Shown here: piece by piece, positions 1 through 10,789 of the stretch | Numbering within the stretch: position 1 is the stretch's first letter | How the letters are laid out: each line of letters begins with the position of its first letter | Assembly (NCBI RefSeq): GCF_006345805.1 | Contig: NC_043004.1 | Span: forward strand, 42,160,001 to 42,224,000 | Origin: Octopus sinensis | Lineage: Eukaryota | Length of the DNA: 64,000 nt | Direction of reading: 5' to 3' | Translations under genes and position numbers: made by a program | Notes under the pieces: generated by a model | What the model was told of the DNA's origin: nothing | Seen by the model: the letters and a program-made list of their open reading frames with translations, nothing else | Database searches by the model: none

Positions 1-539
1 AAATAAATATACGCTGGGTGACAGTGTGCGTTGCTCTGCAGAGCGTAAACACATTCTTAGACATAAAATATCACTACTGAATACATAGTTCAAGAATGCA
101 TTGGTCCAGATAAATACGGATATCAGGAAAAATTTACGGATCAAATAAATCGCTAAAATAACACATGGCAGATGTTATTTTAGCGAGTTATTAGATTCGC
201 AAACATGCTGGGATGTCTTTCTTCAACAAAGGAAAGCAGAAAGTGAAACAGTACTGCTGCAAAATCCAATGTGTACATACAAGAACACAAGCAACACAGC
301 AATAATAGAAACTGCAACAAACAAAGTAACAGCAGGATCAGAAGCCAAATTAAAGTCAACAGCAGCAAAAACATCCACAGTAACAGTAACAGCAACATAT
401 TTCCACCTTAGCCAGAGAAACAACTCCTCTGCCACGATGTAACGTCCATCACAACTATGAACAAGCAACTCACTGAATATCCCCGAAAGCACAAACTTGC
501 TCGTTTCCTATATGTAAATGTACCCGATTCGTCTCTCTT

Positions 540-830
540 CTTTCTCGCGGACTATACAAACGAGCGTCAAGCCCAAGGTGAGACCATCGAAGGAGGTTGT
601 TATTTGACCGAAAATACAAACAATAAAATGTCTCTCCAACACCATCGTGAAGCTAGAAAATTTACTAAATGTTTAACAGGAAGAACGAAACCCAAAATAT
701 ATAGATTAACAACAGGAACACCAACAAAGTCAGCAGTCAGACGCACAAACCTAATATGGACTCATAAGCTTCATTATCGTTCGCATGAAGAGCAATGAGG
801 CTTGCTGTGATTAAACATACATCAACTATT
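540..830 (+). mobile_element. Possible highly decayed Penelope-like GIY-YIG endonuclease remnant
   Basis: Mixed frames give KFTKCLTGRTK...TKSAV and LAVIKH, loosely like the PLE GIY-YIG region; many stops and frameshifts, so weak. Confidence 0.2.
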
Positions 831-3439
831 AGAAAGCGTCGACCTTTCTAGTGCCCTTAGACTCGTAAATTGTCCACTGGAATGTTCGGATAAGGGAAAG
901 AGAAATCATTAAAATGTGTGTGTGAGTGTGCATGTGCGTGTGTATGTGTGTGTGCGCGCGTGTATGTGCGTGCGTGTGTTCACTGAACTGACCTAGGTGG
1001 ACATTTTTCACCTATTTGTAAGTCTATTACCTTATTTGCAAATTGTTAACGTTAGATTATACCCTGTATTAATTATATTTGTAATGTATTTAGTTGTTTT
1101 GTATAATTATTGCGGGTAATTTTAAAATGTTTAGCGTCTTCTGCTATATTGCACGATGACATTTTTCGTTCCTGTGTAATTATATATAATTTCGTATATA
1201 ATCTACTATATGAGAGTTTAAATAGAAGACCGAATAAGAGACGCGATTCTTGCAAGCTGAACCTGTAATGAGAAAACTAGTAAACTGGTTAAGCGGGAGT
1301 TAATTTGGGTAGTCGCGTACAAACGTAATTAAAGTGCCGTACTGTGTACAATTAAAAATCTCTGTAAGGTTTTGTAAAAGACTAGTAATAGAGAAAACAC
1401 AGTAAATATGCTTCAGCAAGGGAACAAATTTTTTTAAAGCTAATTTGGGAAGGAATCTTGACCAATACGATAACTAAGAATTTCTTCAACGCATGATACG
1501 TTGTCAAATGCAGTGGACACAGTTCAATACAGAATTCCAAGAATTTTACAAGATCGTAGCAAAAGTATGGTGAGTTGTAGGTTGTTCGTTTGACCAATCT
1601 GAATCCTTCTTTATTTTGATGATTGTTATCATGACAACCTGTACTTCATGCAATACATCTTTGAGTGGTGGTAAGAAAGAAATCTAGTGTTCTGGCCAAT
1701 TTGAATAAATCAAGAATGTTGGATCAAATTATAGCGTCCGTTCATTTACTACGCGTGAAAGGGACATGATCCATCTGCTGCCAACACTCACTGCGGGGAG
1801 GGGTAAGTGGTCGTAAGTGCTGATGTGCACTAATTCTATAGATAATATGGAACTTGAAGCATAATATTCAGACTAGAAACGAAACCAAAAGACAGACAAT
1901 TATGGTGCTTTCTACATCTGCTGAGAATTGTAAAAGAAGGACCCCACTAAACATAATACAAGTTTACTTTTTTGTAGACGGTATAAAAGCTCAGCCTTTA
2001 TAAATCTATTATCATGATAAAGTTTTGTACGAGTAGAACAATAGACAAGAGAATAAATGTTACTGTTGGAGACCATCAATGACTTTTATTAGTAACACTT
2101 AGAAATGTTGAATGTTTCGTTTTTGTTAATAAGGCCGATGCGATAACTGTTTCACAGAACGTATAAGTTTAGCCAGCTTTGCTTGTCAACGTGTTTAATT
2201 CACAAAATTTTAAACATGCACTTATATAGGTTGTATATATTTATGCCTCCCTTTACATACACACATACATCACACACACATATACACACAAACACGCACA
2301 CACACATACGTGCAATACACACACATATAGCTTTAATTTTGTCCATCATTACAGGTTTTGTAAGTCTTATAACGTCGTATTTTTCTATTGTACACATGAA
2401 TGAGCGAGTAGTGGAAAAAAATTATTATTATTATCATTATTACTGTTCCATTCTTCTTCCCCCTCCTCCACTTAGCGCTCTTGTTTTTCCCTCTTTCTAT
2501 CCTTTCATTCATTCATTCTTTCTTTCATGCTTTCTGTCTTTCTTTGATTTTTGTTGGCTTCTTTCGTTCTCATTTGTTTATTTATTTAAGTCCTATTTCA
2601 ATACGGCCTTTGCAGAATCGACTTCTGGAAAAAATTATGTAAAACAATGCAAAGCACAAATAGATGAGCATATAACAACAGTAAACACTGGGAATACATA
2701 CACAAAAGCACGAGCAGAGGCACACACAAGCATATACACGCAACACACACGTACAGATACGCACTCATGTTTACTTATACGCAAATACAGCGCAGTAATA
2801 TTGTATTTGTACACATAAAATTCCACAGCACATACAGTAAGATATAGTGAGATAGTTCGTTTGATAGACAGATAGAGAAATGTGAGTAAAAGAGAGCGAG
2901 AGAGAGCGAGAGCGAGGGAGAAGTGAGTGAGATAGAGAGAGAGATAGAGTCAGAGAAAAAGATAGAAGAAAGCATATAATTTCCATTTTTCCCCTCTTAT
3001 TTTCTATAACTGATTTGAAGTGTGTAAATGGGCTTAGCTGAGCAGAAATCTATGGATGATCTAGACAGGGAGTGTTAGAAAAATTCCGACCAAGAAATTA
3101 AAAATTAATGTGGCATGGGTGAGATTTTCACAAGCAACGTGTTGCATACACGACTGGTTCCTGGGTAATATGCATGTGTAATTGCCACCTGCATACTTAA
3201 AAGAAAATGATGCAGCTTTATGTTGGATGCCTTTTTTTTTGTTTCTTTGATGTTTCTTTTTTTATATTTGTGTTTTATTGTTTTGTTTTGTTGTAGATTC
3301 CCTTTCATTTCTTTACATTGATGTGGAGAGCTGAGAGTTTACTTATTTATTGATTTAATTTCATATAAACATATACGTATATACGTAGTTACAAGCAAAC
3401 ATATATACATACACAAATACGTGCGTATATGTGTGTATA

Positions 3440-3525
3440 TGTGGTTATATACATATATCTATATCTATATATCATATGCATATATACACGCACACACAAA
3501 CACACACACACACACACACACACAC

Positions 3526-3564
<39 letters not shown>

Positions 3565-3719
3565 GTATATATGCATATATAATGGACATGTATGCACACA
3601 TATATACACATCTTCACAATGAAATACATAAATACACACACAGACGCACACACATACATATATAATATATGGGTACACAAAAGTAAATATGTATATATAA
3701 TATAATATGTGTGTATATA

Positions 3720-3784
<65 letters not shown>

Positions 3785-3842
3785 GTGTCTGTGTATAATA
3801 TATGTATATATATATATATATCTACATACGTATCTGTGTATA

Positions 3843-3874
<32 letters not shown>

Positions 3875-4279
3875 ATATGTAAATATATATACATACATCT
3901 GCATGTATGCGAATGTATACGATGCAGTGATATATGCATATATATGCATATATACACATATATGAGTGTGTATGCATGTGTGGTGGAGTGTGTGTTTGTA
4001 TGTGTGTGTAAGTTCTTTTTTTTTTATAGGAAGAAAGAGGAGGAGTATATCCGCAGGCGTATATGCCTTTTACATGAGATTACAATCTCTGTGAAAACAC
4101 AACTTCAAGACTTGACTTTTAGATAATTTTTCTTTTACTTTATACTCGTATCTACGTTGGAAAATCTTTCTCCTTCCCTTAGTACAACTTTGGGATGCTC
4201 GATTATAGATATTAGCATTCGTATCAGATAATTTGGGGCGTTGTGTTGTCCTCCTCTCAAAGTACCTATCGATATATAC

Positions 4280-4327
<48 letters not shown>

Positions 4328-4340
4328 CATACATGCATGT

Positions 4341-4371
<31 letters not shown>

Positions 4372-4407
4372 ATTTATAATCCTCTTATAAATACGCAATG
4401 TTGCGAC

Positions 4408-4466
<59 letters not shown>

Positions 4467-4575
4467 TATATGTATGTGAGTGTTTATAAAAAATATACTG
4501 GTTAACAAATAAATATGTGTGTGCGTATGTGTGTGTATGGTGTGTGTGTGTATGTGTGTGTGTGTGTGTGTGTAT
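3440..4575. repeat. Compound (TA)n/(CA)n/(TG)n microsatellite cluster
   Basis: Long visible TA and CA runs; source of the YI/HT-repeat ORFs in the track. Confidence 0.95.
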
Positions 4576-4869
4576 TCTACAGTGTTTGTTAACTCTTTTT
4601 GTATAGGTATCATCTTTCAGCTATTACGTGGGGATTTTTTTACAGTATTCGAAGGTGAATTTCGGCACACATATTTTTAGTGGGAAAGTTGTCAAACTGT
4701 AAAGTAGTCAACAGTACTGCACAGGGATTGGTTGCATTCCATGTATGTATGTATGTATGTATATATATTCAGTCCGATTATTTCTATGTCCCCGCGCATG
4801 ATACAGCCTTAAGCCTTAAGAAGAAAAAAACACAAAAAAACACAAAAAACAAAACAAAACAAAAAACCC

Positions 4870-5073
4870 ACATTTATTGGATGGCTGTTGACTCTCAAGA
4901 GTTCCTCCGCCCTTTGACGGGTTTTGTTTTTCATCCCGCAGTGTGTCCAATAAACACCCTCATCACCAAGCAAGCTTGGTGGGGTTACCGGTTTAGTCGC
5001 CGACGACCCGACCATGCAACAGGTTGTTCTGGGTTACATGTTACCAGTAGCACTCGAAAGTGACCTGCCATAC
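4870..5073 (-). mobile_element. Probable 5' leader fragment of an RTE-like LINE
   Basis: GC-richer structured island ending in ATG AAA AAC AAA ACC (MKNKTRQRAEELLRVNSHP); resembles a cephalopod RTE-type 5' end as I recall it. Not verified. Confidence 0.4.
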
Positions 5074-5569
5074 AAAAAATACAGTTATATGTACAATCAG
5101 AAGATGTAAGGATACAATGGTTGGTGAAGAAGAAAGTATGATTTAAATTCGCTTTGTGTATATATTTGTGTGCGGTGCGTGCTGATATATAAAACTGTGT
5201 GTAGGGGTTTTCTAGAAAAATCTGCGTGTATGATTTTTCTAGAATTCGGGATGTACTTACATATATCTTTACGAAGTAGAATGTCGTGTTTTTGATCGTG
5301 GTTGCTACACATGGTAACACATATTTACGACAAGGAGACACATTTATTTTCTTTTTGTAGAATCATTAAAGGTATTGTTCCAATATCCAAGGAATGTATA
5401 TATATATATATATATACATACAGATACTTATCTAGTTTTCCCAAAGAGATGGGTATTTCCAAGGCAGTGGAAGACTTTGAACTTCTTTTCAAGTTATTAC
5501 CAGTAAAGATCTTAGTTGCTAATTTTGTACGAGCAATTGTAGAACTTTAGCTGGGCTAAAAAGTCACAT

Positions 5570-5850
5570 TCGATCACAGCACCAGTAACAGTTAAGCTTC
5601 GTGCAATGGCCATACTCGATAACGAGGGGGCAGCCATAATATATATATATATATGGGGGAGAATTCACACAAAAAAACGAAGACAGGTGGTGTAGACAAC
5701 AAAGAGATGTATTAGTATAACGCTTCGGGAGTGAAAAATTCTTTAACGTTTCGAGCCTACGCTCTTCCACAGAAAGGAACACAGAAAGAAACAAGGAGAT
5801 AAAATAATGAATGTGTAGTGGCTAGCGATCTATCATGGCAAATGCCAGAC
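5570..5850 (-). mobile_element. Penelope-like pseudo-LTR fragment
   Basis: Carries the typical PLE terminal motif ctg(t)ggaagagcgtaggctcgaaacgtt; bounded by microsatellites. Confidence 0.6.
5739..5779 (-). ncRNA. Minimal type I hammerhead ribozyme, variant core (CUGUGGA)
   Basis: Minus strand: ttccttt-CTGTGGA-a-GAGC gtag GCTC-GAAA-CGTT-aaagaa. Stems I and II and a palindromic stem III (AACGTT) are present; position 6 is U rather than A. Confidence 0.6.
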
Positions 5851-5859
5851 ACACACACA

Positions 5860-5900
<41 letters not shown>

Positions 5901-5915
5901 CTCTCTCTCTCTCTC
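5846..5915. repeat. (CA)n(CT)n microsatellite
   Basis: Directly visible. Confidence 0.95.
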
Positions 5916-6194
5916 ACAGATATAGTTGATATAGGTAACATGTATGTAGATATGTACATACGTACATGCATATTTATATGTACGTGTATACAGGTGTATA
6001 TGCATACATAGATGAATACAAAGTCTATGTATATAGATAGTAAATGATGACTGGAACGTAACGTACCAATGCAAAACAAGCGACACGTTCAGGATACAGG
6101 TGTATATGTGTGTGTGTGAGTGTGTGTGTGTGTATGTATATATTCATATATCTAGCTATCCTTCAATATATATATATACCTTGAGCCCCTGTGT

Positions 6195-6430
6195 CTTTGT
6201 GCTTTTGTGTGCGTACACATTCGAGCTTGCGTGTTGTGTGCATGTATGCGTGCATTGCGTGTTGCGCGAGCTTGCGTGTTGTGTGCATGTGTGCATTGCG
6301 TGCATTGCGTGCATTGCATGCACATATTCGTGTGCATATTACGTTCATTGCGTGTTGTGCGAGCTTGCGTGTTGTTTGCCTGTGTGTGCATTGTGTGCTT
6401 GTGGTGCGTGCATGTGTGCGTGCGTTCCTG
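6195..6430. repeat. Degenerate TG/CG-rich minisatellite
   Basis: Core cgagcttgcgtgttg recurs three times with cattgcgtg sub-repeats. Confidence 0.8.
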
Positions 6431-7194
6431 TAACACTTAATGTGAAGTTTGTGCATTTCATAAACACATTCTTTTAAATTGTGCGAAAATGTGTCGTAAG
6501 TTTTCAGATGGTCTGTCTTGGATTAGAGTTGCTTTCTCGTAGATACGTCACAGTACATTCGCTGTATGCAGATAATATTCTCTGTGGTGTCTCATAACGA
6601 ATACCTTTCCTCAAATTAAGGATGGGATTTCAGATGGAAGCTTTTGTAAAATGAAATAAGATTATCCAACAGACATTCTCCTTTATAGAAATTTATCTTT
6701 CATTAGGTCTGCATTGTGTTCGAAAGTTGCCGAAATTGCAAAATCTGTTTAACTTTAATGCATATTATATTCATTTTTGGATGAATTCCCGAATTATTCA
6801 ACAACCTACTTGCAGTTCTAATTAAAAAAGGAAAGCAAGGTAATCTAGTGACCTCAAACAGAAGATGTTAGAACACTTGTTACATATTTACTAAACGTGA
6901 ACAATATATAATATGCGTGATTGTGCAGTGTGCCTGAGTGAAAAGACTTTAGAAGAATTACGAACTTTATCTCTACAACTATTTGACAAGCGCTTGTCTC
7001 TTTGCTTATAAGGCTAATCGTGCGTTAGGCATTAATACCTATTATTTAGTTATGTAGTTGCACATAAATCTCAATGAAGAACGTATATGAAATATGTTAC
7101 TTACTGATATGTAGTTTTTAATTGCTGGCAATGTCACAGTTTTTCACTTTGAAACCATAACATACAAACAATTATATTACAGATTTAGAAGCCA

Positions 7195-7245
7195 ATAGTG
7201 ATCCTGATGAAGGAGCAGAAGCTCTTGAAATTTATTTATGCACGT
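7195..7245 (+). ncRNA. Hammerhead-like catalytic core (degenerate)
   Basis: CTGATGA(7204-7210)-AGGAGC agaa GCTCTT-GAAA(7227-7230); stems I and III are poor. Confidence 0.3.
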
Positions 7246-7501
7246 ATTAGTTATTTCCTTTGTCTTTGATCACATTGTTTAAATTGACGTATTCGCTTAC
7301 GAGAACGTTATATTTTCAGTTCTGACTCTGAATTCTATAGACCTAGAGAGACGTAAGCATAAAAGTACAGTCAGTTTTCTATAAGTAGTCGTAAGCTTGC
7401 GCAATAGATGTTTCAGTAAAACGTACCGCCAAGATTAACGTATCAAAATCGCATTGCTACAGGCTTCAAATGATTCTCTCGAATGAAGGAGTACGTATTT
7501 T

Positions 7502-7925
7502 GGACCTTTTCGGTTTGAACGGCAGTTTTTAACATAATTTCTAGGTAACTAAAAAATTTTAAACTTCGTATACTGGTAGAATGTGTTTATAAAACATCTT
7601 TTTTTCTTGGCTTTATTGAGAAAATTCTATAGTTTGTAAGATATTTGTTGGTTTTTTCTTCAATTTCTGCAATTTCAACCAATCAATTACGTCCATTGAG
7701 GTAAAAAACATTATGTGCCGTATGAATATGTCCCTCGTTTAAGAAACAGGTTGGGTTTATTTACATTTGTGAAGAAAAAAGATACCCTTCCCCCCACCCC
7801 TAACCCTAACTAACCCTAACCCTAAAACAGATTGAAATGCAATAGCTCGATACTAGGGTCATAATTATGGGTGACAATTTCATATGACACCGCTAGAAAA
7901 ACAGCCGTTCAAACCGAAAATATCC
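7502..7925 (+). mobile_element. MITE copy 1 (TIR GGA(T/C)CTTTTCGGTTTGAACGGCAG, 8-bp TSD, internal CCCTAA repeats)
   Basis: ~28-bp TIRs at both ends; flanks CGTATTTT (7494-7501) and CATATTTT (7926-7933); two further copies in the window. Confidence 0.9.
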
Positions 7926-8183
7926 CATATTTTATTTTCGGACCGTTTTTAAAATTAATGAATGCAGTAAACTCAAGCTGAAATTTTTGTGTAGTAGACC
8001 GAATACTATAATGGATCATACGTACTAATAGCGCCAAGAAATATTGTGGGGGCATATTATGTTTAGCAAATTTGCATAAAACTATTAAACATTCAAATCC
8101 TAAATAAACCACATATTCTCCATGTTCATTACGTCTACACTGAATATTATGCCTGAATTCATGTGCCGTAGAGTTGAGACAAA

Positions 8184-8300
8184 ATAATAATAATAATAAT
8201 AACAACAACAACAACAACAACAGCAGCAACAATAATAATAACAACAACAACAACAACAATAATAATAATAATATTAATAATAATAATAATAATATTAATA
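8184..8300. repeat. (AAT)n/(AAC)n trinucleotide repeat
   Basis: Directly visible; explains the poly-Leu ORF 7909-8376. Confidence 0.95.
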
Positions 8301-10038
8301 AAAGACGAAGCACATTTCCCATTGGAGTTCGAACGTTGTCGAGTTTCGTTTGAATCTGACTATTTTTTTCAAGCATTTAGCCTCTGCTTCAGCTTTATGA
8401 GTCATCTATAAATCTGGCAAATTTGTTTTTTTTTTCCATAAAATAATACAGATCTGTAGAAATAGAGCAATGCATAGATTTACGTACTTACGACGCCAGG
8501 AATTTAGTGTTATATATGGCTATAATAATAGCATACGTCTAAAAATATAAAGTTAAATAGTATTGTATATTTTATATACACACACACATGTATACACACA
8601 TATATATGCATAAATTCGGATTTATGCATATACATGCACACTCTCATTCACACACATGTTTGTTATTGTACTTTTGAGGGAACCAGCAAAACAAAACAAG
8701 AACATATATATTATGAGTATGGCATCTAATTACAAACTTAGAAGAAAACAGAATGAAAAAAAAAAATAGTAAACGGCTAAAACTAGTATCGTCATTAATA
8801 TATAAGCAAAACAGCGAGGAGTAGAAGTCCCATAGATACCCACCTTCACCATTACCAAACCAAAATGACAGCTTCGATAACTAGAACTACAAGGAAATAG
8901 AAAATAATCAAAGAAACTACAAACTCGAGAAGCAACAAAGCGAACGGAGTAATATATTAGTTTGTTAAGAAACGAATCGTAAAATAAAGTAAAAAAAATG
9001 ACAAACGAAAAACTAAAAGATTGAAGTATTTTATATATGTTCATCATTTTTTTTTATATAACATCGTTCTTTTGAACCGTACACACCAATTAATTATGAA
9101 ATATCTGTTGATTTCACGTTTTTTTTTCTTTGGTTATAGTGTGTTGAAATATAGGAAGATGAAAGTGTTAAGACTAATAAAGGTGGTGGTAGTTCTTGCT
9201 GATTTTTTCTTTCATATCATAAACCAGAACAGAAAACTTTAAAGATCGTTGATAAGAACAAGAAGAAAAGAAAATTTTAAACAAGAAATATTAAATACAA
9301 AAACACACAACCACAAAAAATGAATAACAACGCCAATAATGACAATTACAGAAACAAAAGAAAACTTTAAAAAAAAATTACTAACGTAACTTGTAAAGAA
9401 AACACTTTCTCTAAAAGATAACAATCGAACACACGCATATACACATATATACACGCTAACGCATATGCACAAAACATTGATAAAAATAGAGAAAAAATAC
9501 GGAAAAAAGGATAAGCTAAATGTAAAAATAAATTCAAATTAATATGATCTGATGTGGGTTGGGGGATGCACCAAGAGAAGAATTCATTAAATATAAAGTC
9601 ATATGTTTCATTAATATAAAGGATGAAATACTGGGGAAAATGTTTAGTTGGTTTGTGACAAAATATATTATAAAACAAATACTAGAAAATACGATATATA
9701 ATGTGATAAATAGAAAAAAATATGTATAAAGATATTATTTGACAGCTAATATTATTAGAACACTGCACGTTTGGTGATATAAAATTACTGTTAATCTCTC
9801 TCTTTCTCTGTCTCTACTATGTTTGTCCATTTTCCCAAGTCTTTCTCTCTCTCCATCTATGTTTCTGTGTACCTACACACATATGTAGAGTCAGACGCTC
9901 ACGCACGCACGCACACACACACTCACGAAAACAGGCACAGTCACACACACATATATGTTGGTGAGTGTACGTTTGTGTGATTCTGGGGTGAGCCGGGATC
10001 TGTTTGTGTGTTTAGGTGCTTTTAACATGATGTGCTTA

Positions 10039-10044
<6 letters not shown>

Positions 10045-10078
<34 letters not shown>

Positions 10079-10088
10079 TGCGCAACAA

Positions 10089-10134
<46 letters not shown>

Positions 10135-10185
10135 TATATATATATATATATTATATATATATATATCTTGCGCAACAAATATATA

Positions 10186-10265
<80 letters not shown>
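10045..10265. repeat. Tandemly duplicated compound microsatellite unit
   Basis: Unique core tcttgcgcaacaaatatataca occurs twice ~90 bp apart, each followed by (CA)n(TA)n. Confidence 0.9.
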
Positions 10266-10267
<2 letters not shown>

Positions 10268-10660
10268 GAAATATTACATTTCTAACTCTTTCAGAGAGGT
10301 TGATACAGTAACAGCACGATAAAGTGATGGTATGTTGCCAACTTAATGTGGCAGTCCCATGAAAAGGAAAGAATGCTACTGTTATTTAACCCTAGGAAAC
10401 ACCGTTTCCAGTTGGCCATGACGCATTTTCTGTGTCCTTATGTTTTCAAAGGGGAGATAAGCACCTCCACCCAGCAAAGCCAGCATCCAGAGATTAATTT
10501 CAGTGTCATTGTTCATCACCAGTCTGGCGTAGCATGACTAGCTAGCTGTTGATGCCTATTCACCTTTGAAAACATAGTTTTCGAGTGAAATACATTCACG
10601 TATTAGAAGATAGAAATATTACACTTCTAAATTTCTCAGAGAGATTTATACAGTAGCATA
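10263..10660. repeat. Unclassified interspersed repeat with ~55-bp terminal direct repeats
   Basis: tagaaatattaca(t/c)ttctaa..tcagagag..atacagta at ~10265 and ~10611. Confidence 0.5.
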
Positions 10661-10789
10661 ATTCATTTACATCAAGGGATGATGGCTTCTGTCATATCTA
10701 GCGGGGAAGTGTCCAATTCATTCACAATTTCAAATGAAACAATGCACTATAATGTGTTCTAGCGCCTCTCTTATTTGCCTTGTATTTCT

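Noticed and set aside
1382-1700. Possible Penelope RT remnant (YNSP..LVKFL)
   Set aside because: Similarity limited to a few residues; no catalytic motif.
1792-1872. Minus-strand 81-nt exon candidate (SEYYASSSILSIELVHISTYDHLPLPA)
   Set aside because: Acceptor and donor are plausible, but there is no recognisable protein and an open 27-codon frame is common by chance.
4990-5070. Formal HDV-like or twister ribozyme call
   Set aside because: No P3/L3 can be placed between the candidate helices and the twister pseudoknot bases are missing; kept only as a structured leader.
7798-7825. CCCTAA repeats as a chromosome end or fusion scar
   Set aside because: Only 3-4 units, always at the same position inside the MITE.
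8492-8538. Minus-strand 47-nt exon candidate (TYAIIIAIYNTKFLA)
   Set aside because: Its phase does not connect to the other candidates and there is no independent support.
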